Shown here: one piece after another, positions 9,107 to 18,119 of the stretch
Layout: every line of letters starts with the position of its first letter
Position numbering within the stretch: the first letter of the stretch is position 1
Source of the DNA: a virus
Taxonomy: Duplodnaviria; Caudoviricetes
Virus record (IMG/VR): IMGVR_UViG_3300046508_000033
Coordinates: 1 to 35,479 of that record
DNA: 35,479 nt
Strand: one strand, 5' to 3'
Translations under genes and position numbers: made by a program
The notes under the pieces: model-generated
What the model saw: only the letters and a program-made list of their open reading frames with translations
The model's database searches: none
What the model was told of the DNA's origin: nothing

Positions 9107-9449
9107 GGTCCCTCAAATAAGATCGGCGCACCGCCGGGGTGGCGTCAGCCCACCAGGTCGGAAGTCGTTTAGTTGACGATTTCTGCACTTTTAGCGGCAT
9201 GGGTTGACAATCTGAATCCTTTTGTGCCTTCCGCTTTACACTCGACATCAGCGCAATTTCAGCCGGGATTGCTATGGTCACCGGCCGGGGACAATCGAGA
9301 CAAAATTCCAGACCCCAACTTACCCTCTGCCACCATGCCGTTCCAGGCCCGAGTTGCCGGGCGATGCAGGCCCCGGGAGATATGCGGGTGGGAAGCCCCA
9401 ATTTTGTGATTACGGCGCATTCCACCATTTCCAAGGGGGCCAGATTCAT
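9096..9449 (-). CDS. Hypothetical Cys-containing protein
   Basis: Fills the gap between tape measure (TGATG overlap) and DUF2460. Pattern C...C...CLDC. Confidence 0.55.
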   Translation of the reverse strand: MNLAPLEMVECAVITKLGLPTRISPGACIARQLGPGTAWWQRVSWGLEFCLDCPRPVTIAIPAEIALMSSVKRKAQKDSDCQPMPLKVQKSSTKRLPTWWADATPAVRRSYLRDHER

Positions 9450-12112
9450 CAGGTTACCGGCACGAAGTTGCGCCCCAGGCTCTTTAAGGCCGCGGCCAGG
9501 GCATTAGGGTTGCGTAACAGAACCCGCTGGACGTCAGCACCGTCAAGGGCATTGATATGGAGGTGAATATCTCCCTGCTTTTGCTTACCAGGAGATCCGT
9601 TATCCATCAGACGGTCCAGGCCGGCCGCCTTGTCAGCCGGGAGAACAGCCTCTCCCTTATGCAGCATCGCCGCACCGGTCCGGGGAATATTCCAGGCGCC
9701 GACGTCATAACTTGCCATGCCCAAAAAACTCATCGCTCCAGCTGCCGCCGCCAGAGCGACCTCTGGGGCCATGGCGATGTTAGCCGGGTAAGGCATATCC
9801 TCCATGACCGATGCGAACCCAGCCGCCCCAGCTTTACCCGCAGAGGCCGAAATGCTGGAGATGGCAGCCTCTTCCTGGGAGGCCTTGCCGTAGATTAGCA
9901 TCTCCAATTGGTTGGCGATCCATGTCTCGGCCATCTTGGTTGCCATGCCGACAAAGGACGCGATGATGGAGGTGCAAAGGTTCTGGATGGCTGCCTTCAT
10001 GGTGGTCGTGCCCTGAATAATTCCCATGATAGAGCCTTGGATAGCGCTCTGGATCGGGGCCATGATGCTCTGGATGGTTTCCTTGTTCTTGAGGGCTGCT
10101 GTCTGGAGGGCCTTCTGTTCCTCCGTTAATTTCTTTTGCTTGAAGGTGGCGAGCTGCTGCCCCAGGATCTCCTGCTGCTTTTCATCGTTTTTATAGACCA
10201 CCATCTTCTGAGCGATGGCCTGGCGCTCGATCTCAAGCTCTTTGGCTTTTAAGACCCTAAGCCGGGCGAGGGCCGTGGTGGCGGAAATCTCGCCCATCTG
10301 TTCTTCAAATTTGACCGTTTGCTCTTGCCGGGCCAGGTCCATCTGGGCCAGTTGCGCCTTGCCGTCCACCTGCTTGGATAAGAGATCCCGCTTGTGCTTG
10401 TCGTCCTCTTCGTCAAACTGCGCCTGCTTTTTGAGGATGGCCCGGTATTCGTTGCTCTGCTCTCCCCAGGTCGACTTGACGAAAGCTGTCTCCTGAGTCA
10501 TCAGAGCCCGCTTGGAGGCCCAATTCGTCCGCTCGCTAACCATCTGCCGGTCCATCTCGGCAAGCTGATCCTGGGCCTCCTGCTTGGCCAGGCCCTTGTC
10601 GATGGTGAAGATCTCTTTCCGGACGGCCAGGTATTCCTTGGAGCCTTCAGCACAGATCTCTAATTTGGCTGCCCAAAACTCACGCTCGGCCTGCTTGGAG
10701 AAGTCGAGAAATTGATTTTGCGCCATCTTGAGCTGATCAAGCTCGTCCTTCCAGACCTGGAGGTCGCCAGGTGCGCCGCCACCGCCCTTGCCGCCGGTGT
10801 CTTTAGCTACGAATTTATTACCGCCCGAGGGAGTTTCCGCCCCTGGTTTGGGCTTGGCTCCGGCGGCACTGGCCGCATCTAGAACCGGGTCACCGCTGCC
10901 GCCCTTGCCTTTAATGGCCGGCTGGGCATTCATCAGGGCAAAGCGCACGTCGTTGGAATCCCGGATGGCCTGTTCTCTCCAATCCTGAAGCGAAGATTTC
11001 ATGGCGGCCATGCCGGCGGCGAAGGCCCCCACCACGTCCGTCCCACAGGTTTCCATCAGACGCTGCTTGACCGCGGCCGCCCCGGCGCTCATGGCCTCCC
11101 AGGTGCCTTGAAAAGCGTCCCGGATATTACTGGCCACCACGGTCGCTTGCATCATAAAGTCCTGGGCGCCCCGTACCATGGAGGCAAAAAAGTTGATGGC
11201 GTCGGCAGTGAATTTGGCAATTTCGGGGCCGACCGCGCTAAAGGCCTTACCCAGACTGATCAAGGCTGGGATCACGGCCTCACCGATCTTGTATTTGATC
11301 GAATCGAAAACCAGATCCACATCATGCATCCCTTCCTTGAATTCCCGACTCTTGGCCACCGATACGTCGGTAACGGTGAGCCCCAGGGAGGCCAGGTGGT
11401 CGCGCATCTCATCCACCGCGGCACTCGTCATCCGCAGGAAGCCGGGCATGGCCTCCACCGACCGACCGAAGATAGTGGTCGCCAGCATGTTGCGCTCGGT
11501 GCCCGCCTCCATCCCCTTCATGGCGTCGATGGAATTGAACAGTATTTCATTCATGGAGATCAGGCTGCCGTTCGCGTCCCGCGTCTTAATGCCGTTGTCG
11601 TTAAATCCCTGTTCATTGGTCTTGAGTTGCCGGGTCATCCGGGTGAGCGAACCGGCCAAAGTATCCCCGGAAACCCCCACCCTACCAAAGGATTGGATCA
11701 GGGCCTGCGCATCCGAGACATTCATCCCCATGACGGTCGAGAGCTTCTTAGCCTCTAAATTCATCTCGACGTACTTATCCACCACCCCCTTAAACATCGC
11801 CCCGCCGGCCATGATCGCCCCAATGCCCATGGCAATCTCGCCCAATTTGGTCAGGGTGGAAGTAATGGCAGTGATGCCCGAGGTCACCTGGCCGTGCATG
11901 TCCTTAATGGCCCCGGCGACCCCGGTCCCCATCTTGTCGAAGTCCTGCTTGATCTGTTGGGTGCTTTGGGTAGATTGCCCCTGGACCTGCTTGAAGCCGT
12001 CCTGCATGGTCTGTTGGGTCTGTTGCAGGATCGCGGCGATTTGGGAGAGCGCCTGCTGCGCCTCAGAGATATCGATTTGTACCTTGCCTGAAATTTGGTC
12101 TTGATCAGCCAT
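9449..12112 (-). CDS. Tail tape measure protein
   Basis: 887 aa, helical and Ala/Gln/Lys-rich. C-terminal SYDVGAWNIP...AMLHKGEAVLPA. Follows the tail chaperones. Confidence 0.93.
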   Translation of the reverse strand: MADQDQISGKVQIDISEAQQALSQIAAILQQTQQTMQDGFKQVQGQSTQSTQQIKQDFDKMGTGVAGAIKDMHGQVTSGITAITSTLTKLGEIAMGIGAIMAGGAMFKGVVDKYVEMNLEAKKLSTVMGMNVSDAQALIQSFGRVGVSGDTLAGSLTRMTRQLKTNEQGFNDNGIKTRDANGSLISMNEILFNSIDAMKGMEAGTERNMLATTIFGRSVEAMPGFLRMTSAAVDEMRDHLASLGLTVTDVSVAKSREFKEGMHDVDLVFDSIKYKIGEAVIPALISLGKAFSAVGPEIAKFTADAINFFASMVRGAQDFMMQATVVASNIRDAFQGTWEAMSAGAAAVKQRLMETCGTDVVGAFAAGMAAMKSSLQDWREQAIRDSNDVRFALMNAQPAIKGKGGSGDPVLDAASAAGAKPKPGAETPSGGNKFVAKDTGGKGGGGAPGDLQVWKDELDQLKMAQNQFLDFSKQAEREFWAAKLEICAEGSKEYLAVRKEIFTIDKGLAKQEAQDQLAEMDRQMVSERTNWASKRALMTQETAFVKSTWGEQSNEYRAILKKQAQFDEEDDKHKRDLLSKQVDGKAQLAQMDLARQEQTVKFEEQMGEISATTALARLRVLKAKELEIERQAIAQKMVVYKNDEKQQEILGQQLATFKQKKLTEEQKALQTAALKNKETIQSIMAPIQSAIQGSIMGIIQGTTTMKAAIQNLCTSIIASFVGMATKMAETWIANQLEMLIYGKASQEEAAISSISASAGKAGAAGFASVMEDMPYPANIAMAPEVALAAAAGAMSFLGMASYDVGAWNIPRTGAAMLHKGEAVLPADKAAGLDRLMDNGSPGKQKQGDIHLHINALDGADVQRVLLRNPNALAAALKSLGRNFVPVT

Positions 12113-12395
12113 CGGTTCCCCTTTCCAGATAAGGTGCCATCAAAAGGTCCAGAGGATTTTGGCCAGCCATGCTAACCCCGGCCTGCCCCATCATGCCCAG
12201 GAGGTCGCCGGCGTTGTCGTTATTAATGGAGGCCGTTTTGCCACTTCCTTTAATCCCCAGATAAGCCTTGACCATCAGGTGCATCGGCGGATTCTCGGTC
12301 CAATATTCCATCAGTGCATAAACCCGGGGGAGCGTGAGGTTTTCTTCTATGTAGTCCGGGGTCCAGCCGGTGACCGTAATGATATGGGCCAGCAA
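12105..12395 (-). CDS. Tail assembly chaperone, gpT-like C-terminal part (probably reached by -1 frameshift)
   Basis: This frame stays open upstream through the slippery site: GNGGGEQAGNGIDWDWLLAHIITVTGWTPDYI. Confidence 0.75.
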   Translation of the reverse strand: MLAHIITVTGWTPDYIEENLTLPRVYALMEYWTENPPMHLMVKAYLGIKGSGKTASINNDNAGDLLGMMGQAGVSMAGQNPLDLLMAPYLERGTDG

Positions 12396-12406
12396 CCAAT
12401 CCCAAT

Positions 12407-12715
12407 CTATGCCGTTACCGGCTTGCTCCCCCCCGCCGTTTCCCCCGGGACAAATCCGCTCAAACGCAGCAATATAGCGAGGGCGTCTTTGATTTCCCCA
12501 AAAGTCGCATCCTCTTCCAAGTTTTCCCGGGTGAATTCGGGATAATTCCGTACCAAGGCCGCGTGGATGAGTTCCTCCATCAAATCAGGACCCAGGTCAG
12601 CATCGTTCAATTTGTTCCCAGTGATTTCCTTGAAAAACTTCTTGCAAGCCTTCCAATTCAGGGGGGGCAACACCTTTTCCTTGCCCCCCACCAAGATTTT
12701 CTCGCCGTCGATCAT
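12407..12715 (-). CDS. Tail assembly chaperone (gpG-like)
   Basis: 102 aa between tail tube and tape measure. Ends in ...VPGE at the slippery site. Confidence 0.8.
   Translation of the reverse strand: MIDGEKILVGGKEKVLPPLNWKACKKFFKEITGNKLNDADLGPDLMEELIHAALVRNYPEFTRENLEEDATFGEIKDALAILLRLSGFVPGETAGGSKPVTA
12440..12446 (-). other. Putative -1 ribosomal frameshift site GGGGGAA
   Basis: Minus strand reads ccG GGG GAA acg. A -1 slip joins the 102-aa ORF to the 12105-12395 frame with no stop. Confidence 0.7.
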
Positions 12716-12729
12716 AAATCCCCCGTGGT

Positions 12730-13494
12730 TTAGTTGTTGAAGCTGACCTGCCCGACAACCCCGGTGCCGTCGTCCATAGCGGCGAAGTCGATTTCCGGGA
12801 TAAGGTAATCCTCCAACTTGGTCCCCATGGTGAGTTTATTGGAGATGCATTGGTTGAGAACCCAGGTCATGGACTTTCCAGCCACCACCATATTCAGAAC
12901 TGCCTTAAAGAAGACCCCAGAGCCGAGGGGATGATTGCGGATCGTGATCACCTGGCCCGGGACCGCGCTGGCGGTGTAGGAGTAGCTGACCAGCATGGCC
13001 GTGCCGACCGTATCCCCCGAGTAGAAGGTATAAAGACCGGCAGCATAGGAATACTGCCCGGCGGCCAGAGGCGTGGCGACGCACTTCAGGGGCATCCCGG
13101 TTGCGGCATATTTGACCCCCAGGTTAATTCCAAAAACGCTGCTATTGGTCACCAGGATGGTGTGGGCGCTGGCGATTCCATGAGCCTCATCTTTGGCGAT
13201 CTTGATTTCACCATCCGCCGGGGTTTCCCCGAAAAAGAGGTTAAGAGCCGCAGCAGAGATCGCCCCGAATTTGCTCTTGCCGGTGATCTTCTTCTGGCCG
13301 GGCAGACTCATCAGGGGATAACTGTCCTGGCCGAAAAGGTCTTTGATATTCCCGGTAAACTCCACGGTGCCTTCCTGCAAACCGGCAAAGGGGACCGGCG
13401 TAGGGTTGGCGATGGCGGCGCCGGTTATGTCGATGGTCGGCACGGCCCAAAGGCTGCCGGCTCCAAATCCGAACTGTCCAGGGGTGGGGCTCAT
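12730..13494 (-). CDS. Major tail tube protein
   Basis: FGFGAGSLWA...FAGLQEGTVEF...KDLFGQ...KLEDYLIPEIDFAA. RBS AAGGAGG. Position before the chaperones. Confidence 0.8.
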   Translation of the reverse strand: MSPTPGQFGFGAGSLWAVPTIDITGAAIANPTPVPFAGLQEGTVEFTGNIKDLFGQDSYPLMSLPGQKKITGKSKFGAISAAALNLFFGETPADGEIKIAKDEAHGIASAHTILVTNSSVFGINLGVKYAATGMPLKCVATPLAAGQYSYAAGLYTFYSGDTVGTAMLVSYSYTASAVPGQVITIRNHPLGSGVFFKAVLNMVVAGKSMTWVLNQCISNKLTMGTKLEDYLIPEIDFAAMDDGTGVVGQVSFNN

Positions 13495-13510
13495 TACTAA
13501 ATCCTCCTTG

Positions 13511-13963
13511 CTATAAAGTGGCTGAGGCAGCGCCCCAGGCGTGGTAGTAAGTGAGTTGCGGCACGGTCAGGCCCAGAATGCCCGTCGTGTCGTTGGGGAT
13601 ATGGTTATCCCAGGTCCATGTGTGCATCTTGGAGAAATAGGCCCCGGCCAAGTCCGGGCGAATCAGGCTGTAGAGAACATTCTCAATCGCTTCTTGAATC
13701 GGGTCGGCCTTGTCATAATAGGCCGGCGGACCGGCGGGTCCCAGGTTGATATAAACCCCGACTACCAGGTCCATGGAGACCTCCACGATCAGTTCATCCT
13801 TGCGGGTAGATTTCTCCGATCCCGTGAAAAAATAGAGCGCCGGGGCCACGGCAACGTCATTCAGCATCGGCCAGTGTTTGGTCTGCGTCACCTGTCTGAT
13901 TTGCGGGATGGCCCGGAAAGCATTATTAAGAGCGGCCATCAGATCGGCTTTCATAGTGCTCAT
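13511..13963 (-). CDS. Putative tail terminator protein
   Basis: 150 aa, directly upstream of the tail tube. Call rests mainly on synteny. Confidence 0.6.
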   Translation of the reverse strand: MSTMKADLMAALNNAFRAIPQIRQVTQTKHWPMLNDVAVAPALYFFTGSEKSTRKDELIVEVSMDLVVGVYINLGPAGPPAYYDKADPIQEAIENVLYSLIRPDLAGAYFSKMHTWTWDNHIPNDTTGILGLTVPQLTYYHAWGAASATL

Positions 13964-14532
13964 TGGCCTTCTCCCACCAGGGCGCGACAGTCAGCCACAA
14001 ATTCAGGGCGCATCGGGTCTAAAATGTCCTGCTGTATGTCGATGCGGCGGGGCACCGTCACCGAGGCCTTGAGAACAAAGAGCGGCACAATCTGGTCTTT
14101 GCCGGTCTTACCAAAGATCACCCCTTTTCGGATGAAGGTCGGCATCCCCAGAAAAGTCCAGGGCGGCCCTTCCATGTGCCCCCGGGCGACTCCCGCCGCG
14201 GTCAGAGCTGCCGGCAACGGGACCGTCAAGAATTGCTTGTTGGTTGGCTTGATCGTGTAACTCGATCCCTTGGGGCCAAAGTGCACCACGGCGTACTTCT
14301 CACCCACCACCACGCCCCCGGTGATCTTGCTGCCGTCGTTTTCAATGTCCAAGGGCCGGGTGCTCTGAATCAGATCGCCGGTACGCCGCCCCAAGGTGTC
14401 GCTCGAGGTGCCCCCGCGCATCCGGTCGATGAAGGCGCGCCAGAGCAGGGCGGTATATTTCTTGACGAGCCGTTCCGCCTTGGGTTGGAGGTTCGCCGCG
14501 AGGCCCTGCATTTTTTCGATGAGATCGGCCAT
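13960..14532 (-). CDS. Putative neck/tail-completion protein
   Basis: RRTGDLIQS and YAVVHFG motifs typical of HK97 gp10/Mu gpG-like proteins, plus synteny. Confidence 0.65.
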   Translation of the reverse strand: MADLIEKMQGLAANLQPKAERLVKKYTALLWRAFIDRMRGGTSSDTLGRRTGDLIQSTRPLDIENDGSKITGGVVVGEKYAVVHFGPKGSSYTIKPTNKQFLTVPLPAALTAAGVARGHMEGPPWTFLGMPTFIRKGVIFGKTGKDQIVPLFVLKASVTVPRRIDIQQDILDPMRPEFVADCRALVGEGQ

Positions 14533-14534
14533 AG

Positions 14535-15185
14535 TTACATCGTGTAGCGAAAACGATAGTGGCCCAACGTCTCTTTCACATCGGGCAGGAATTTGTCTGA
14601 ACTCTTTTTCTGAATGGAGCCATCCGGAAAGGTCAGCGACAACAACCCGAGATCTTTGCGCCGCTTAAAGTCATAGGCCACCTGCTGGCAGATCGCGCCT
14701 TCAAGGTCGCCCGGAATCTGATCGGCTGAATAGCCGCCGATGTAAGTCACCCGGATTGTCTTCTCGCCCGCGTACCAATTGACACCGCCGCACAAAATCA
14801 CCTGCCCGGTAACAGGACTCACTGCAGCTCCAGCCGTGTTGTCCACCGGCACCGCCAAGAAGTTCCCGGTCCAGTCAAAGAATAGAGACCATTGCACCCG
14901 CACCAGGGAGGCAATCGGGATATTTTTCAGGAAGAGCCAGGGGCCACCGCCGTCGCAATACTGGACATATTCCTGTTTCTCAAACTCACGATTGCAATAT
15001 TGCTGGGCGTCCCCTGAAATTTTGGTAATCAGGTATTGCAGGACCGTATCCCATTCCGGCAGCCAATCCGCCCCAGCCGAGGCCACATCTTCCACCAGCC
15101 AGGGAGAGGCTTTGACGCTCTCAAGGGTTGTCAGAGCAAAGGGGATTCCCGCATTTGCCGGAGTGCCAGTGCCGCCGCCGCTCAT
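14535..15185 (-). CDS. Head-tail connector (adaptor) protein
   Basis: LTTLESVK, AQQYCNREF, IRVTYIGGY...IPGDLEGAI, and LPDVKETLGHYR. Confidence 0.8.
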   Translation of the reverse strand: MSGGGTGTPANAGIPFALTTLESVKASPWLVEDVASAGADWLPEWDTVLQYLITKISGDAQQYCNREFEKQEYVQYCDGGGPWLFLKNIPIASLVRVQWSLFFDWTGNFLAVPVDNTAGAAVSPVTGQVILCGGVNWYAGEKTIRVTYIGGYSADQIPGDLEGAICQQVAYDFKRRKDLGLLSLTFPDGSIQKKSSDKFLPDVKETLGHYRFRYTM

Positions 15186-16732
15186 TGGCTGACTACCTCC
15201 TGATCGGGATTGGTGAAGTTGAAACCCGATTTTTGCCGGAAAATAAAAATCTGGCCGGCGTCCAGGTAAAAGGTCACGACGCCGTTCTGATCGGTGCGCC
15301 CGGAAGCAATGACATTGACCCCTAGGGCATCAGTGGCGACCCAGATATCGGCGTCGGCAATCGGCTGGCCGTTATCAGAGCGGGTCAGGGTATAATTCCA
15401 AGCGATGGCGCCTGATCCTGTCCCTCCACTGGTAAGCGTCCGGGTCACATAACCCCAGACATCAGCCGCCGAAATCCCGGCGCCAGCCGTCAATGTGCGA
15501 GTGATTGCTCCCCAAACCGCAGAGGCGATGCTGGCCGCCGAAGGAATGTCACCAACCGCGGCAGGAGAAGCGGGGATCAGGCTGGTCTTGGCCGTCACCG
15601 TGCCGATGGCGGTATCCATCTCGGCTTTGGTTGGGGGGTCGAAGGCTTCGAGACGAGCATCGATGTCGCCGGTAGAGAGGTCGTACAAGGCGTCCAAGGT
15701 CTGCTTGGTACCGGAGATAACCATGGCTGAACCCACCGCAGCAGGAGATGTTGGGAGGTTGTCGGTCTTGGCCTTGATCAGTCCTATGTTAGTATTGTCT
15801 GGGGCCGGCAAGGCACCAATAGCCGCCTGGATGGCCTTGAGAGTCTCCGTGGTCCAGCCACTTCCTTTGATGGCCGTCAGGGTTGTCTCCAGGGCCTGAA
15901 GGTCGATCTGGTCCGAGAGAGTCTTGAGGGTGTCGTTGTCGGCCCCACGCAAAAGAGTAGCCAAGGCGTCGAGAGTTTGGGTGGTGCCCGAGATCGAGAA
16001 CCCAGATTTATCGTTTACATCGACCTTGCCGCTGGTGAGGGTTAACGCCCCGGCCAAGCGGGTAAGCAGGGTCGTGATTCCAGATGAATCAGGTGGCGCA
16101 TTTGTCAGAGTGGCCACCGTGGTCACCGCCGCCTGGGTATCAGCCGGTTTGGTGCGGCTGGTTATAGTAGCGTCCAGGTTAGCAATCCGGGTATCCCCCA
16201 ACGCTGTCAGCCCGGCCCCCGCCGCCCCAATTCTTCCATAAGCATCCCCTGTTTGCTTCACCGCAGTCAGATCAAATACTGGAGAAGCCACATTTAGGAG
16301 AGCCTTGAACCCAGCTGCTAAGTAGCCTGCCGTCTCAGTCAGGGTCGTTCCCAAGATAGCGGTGAGGTTTGACGGGGTATTCGCTAACTGGATTTCAATA
16401 AGACAGGGGGCAATCCCAGTGCCCTTGATCATGATCGTGACCTGATTGACCCCGGCCGCCAGGATATTGTTTGGCAGATCAAGTTCATAAAGGCCCGGCA
16501 GATTCGTATCATCGACTAATTTGAACCCAAGATAATTGTTTCCACTGGAGGCCCAAGTCCCCAGAGTGGCAATCGTTTCCATCGTCAGGGCATGGGCAGC
16601 AACTCCGGCCCGAACATAGTAGGCAGTTACCCCGGAATAGAGCAACGCAGTCTTACCCGCCCCAGTGGTAACAGTGGAGTCTTGGAGGAAAACGTGCTTG
16701 ATTACTGAGGTAATTCCAGGAGTTAAAATCAT
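15182..16732 (-). CDS. Putative virion fibre/decoration protein with internal repeats
   Basis: Thr/Ala-rich 516 aa with three pairs of internal repeats and a C-terminal small beta domain (GRTDQNGVVTFYLDAG). Confidence 0.6.
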   Translation of the reverse strand: MILTPGITSVIKHVFLQDSTVTTGAGKTALLYSGVTAYYVRAGVAAHALTMETIATLGTWASSGNNYLGFKLVDDTNLPGLYELDLPNNILAAGVNQVTIMIKGTGIAPCLIEIQLANTPSNLTAILGTTLTETAGYLAAGFKALLNVASPVFDLTAVKQTGDAYGRIGAAGAGLTALGDTRIANLDATITSRTKPADTQAAVTTVATLTNAPPDSSGITTLLTRLAGALTLTSGKVDVNDKSGFSISGTTQTLDALATLLRGADNDTLKTLSDQIDLQALETTLTAIKGSGWTTETLKAIQAAIGALPAPDNTNIGLIKAKTDNLPTSPAAVGSAMVISGTKQTLDALYDLSTGDIDARLEAFDPPTKAEMDTAIGTVTAKTSLIPASPAAVGDIPSAASIASAVWGAITRTLTAGAGISAADVWGYVTRTLTSGGTGSGAIAWNYTLTRSDNGQPIADADIWVATDALGVNVIASGRTDQNGVVTFYLDAGQIFIFRQKSGFNFTNPDQEVVSQ

Positions 16733-17937
16733 CCGTTAAGTCCTCCGTTCAGAGCAGGTCTGTTGAGACCGCCTTCCATGCCGGGGTGAATTAAAAGACT
16801 ACCTGCCGGGGTATATTCACCATAGAAAGAATATCTATAACCAAAAGAAGCTGTGGACCCAAATGGGTCGTTCCAAGTAGAACCACTTGCTATGTAATTA
16901 TCTTCATTAGCAACACCTGTGTCATATCTGGTTATATTATAATAACCACTCTGACCTCTACTGCCTATCCAATAGACAGTATTAGCTAATAGTCCACTAT
17001 AAGCGATTGATGTGCCGTACCAATTTAAACTTGTGGGTATAGTTCCACCAGAATCTATAGCTGCAAGTTTGGCTCCCGCTTTAGATGGACTACCACCATC
17101 GTCTGCATATATCGCCGGATTAACTCTACTTGCATTAGTCCAGGGGGAATAAGTGTAAACATAGATTTTTGTCAAAACACCTGAGAAAGCGGGGGAAGTG
17201 ACAGCCTTACCCAAACGACACTGAATAAGATCTGATGAGACCTCAGACGCTCCCCCCGTATGATACCCAAACTCCAGCCCGGCTGCGTGGCGCACTGGAT
17301 AGACGGCTTTATCTAAAAAGTCCTGGGGGATGGTGACGGTGAGCAGTCCGGTCTTGTCGTCAATATTCAGCTCGCCCCAAACCCAAGTACCATTAGCGTC
17401 CTCAAGCCGGGGCCGGTAGATGTGAAATGCTTTGCCTGCTTGGTAATTTTTACCCCCCAAAGCGGTATGATCGCCAGCCATAGTCTGGTGGTAAACGGCG
17501 TAGGAACCCACTACGTTTTCGGGGCGTGACGCACCATACTTGGTTTCCTCAAGAGTGAGATCTGGTTGGTAAAAAAAATCCAGGCCCTTAGTCTGGAGGG
17601 TCATACTGATAACATTGCTCTTGGGCGGCTCCTTCAGGACAATCTCTAACTCATACCCACCGCCTTCCTTGCCGCCCTCAACCTCATAGAAATGAGCCTC
17701 AACCTTTTCTCCGACCCATTGAATCTTATTGTCCACCACGGAAACCACCGGGGCCTTCTCATCATGCACCAGCCGGACCGAGAAATTGCACTCGTTATCC
17801 CAACGTTTGATCTTGGCCTGGGGGTAGAATTTGCCGGGTTGTTTAATATCGCCAACCTCAACCTCAGCAAAGGATTTCTCCTTGCCGACGTATTTACCGG
17901 CTATTGCATCGTAGGCGCTGGCGATAATATCAGGCAT
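16729..17937 (-). CDS. Putative virion structural protein with AT-rich C-terminal domain
   Basis: 402-aa ORF inside the head module, overlapping the next gene by 4 nt. Function not recognised. Confidence 0.6.
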   Translation of the reverse strand: MPDIIASAYDAIAGKYVGKEKSFAEVEVGDIKQPGKFYPQAKIKRWDNECNFSVRLVHDEKAPVVSVVDNKIQWVGEKVEAHFYEVEGGKEGGGYELEIVLKEPPKSNVISMTLQTKGLDFFYQPDLTLEETKYGASRPENVVGSYAVYHQTMAGDHTALGGKNYQAGKAFHIYRPRLEDANGTWVWGELNIDDKTGLLTVTIPQDFLDKAVYPVRHAAGLEFGYHTGGASEVSSDLIQCRLGKAVTSPAFSGVLTKIYVYTYSPWTNASRVNPAIYADDGGSPSKAGAKLAAIDSGGTIPTSLNWYGTSIAYSGLLANTVYWIGSRGQSGYYNITRYDTGVANEDNYIASGSTWNDPFGSTASFGYRYSFYGEYTPAGSLLIHPGMEGGLNRPALNGGLNG

Positions 17938-17939
17938 AA

Positions 17940-18038
17940 TTATTCACCTGGAACCTGCACGAACAGGATGAGCCGGTTGCCCACCCGGCGGGTAACCAGG
18001 GCGCCTTTGGATAGAGTGAGCGCGTCGGTTAGTTGCAT
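17940..18038 (-). CDS. Possible 32-aa small protein
   Basis: MQLTDALTLSKGALVTRRVGNRLILFVQVPGE, stop 2 nt before the next ATG. Weak RBS. Confidence 0.3.
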   Translation of the reverse strand: MQLTDALTLSKGALVTRRVGNRLILFVQVPGE

Positions 18039-18119
18039 GACTTTTTCACAACCTCATGCGATTTAATGGCCCGGTCCAATGGAGGTCCATCGAGCCCTTT
18101 CTTCTTTTCCGCCTCAATC

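Noticed and set aside
11108-12104. Long plus-strand ORFs (216 and 308 aa), and similar ones elsewhere such as 19391-20218 and 28959-29678
   Set aside because: They are antisense shadows of well-supported minus-strand genes in GC-rich DNA, with no recognisable motifs.
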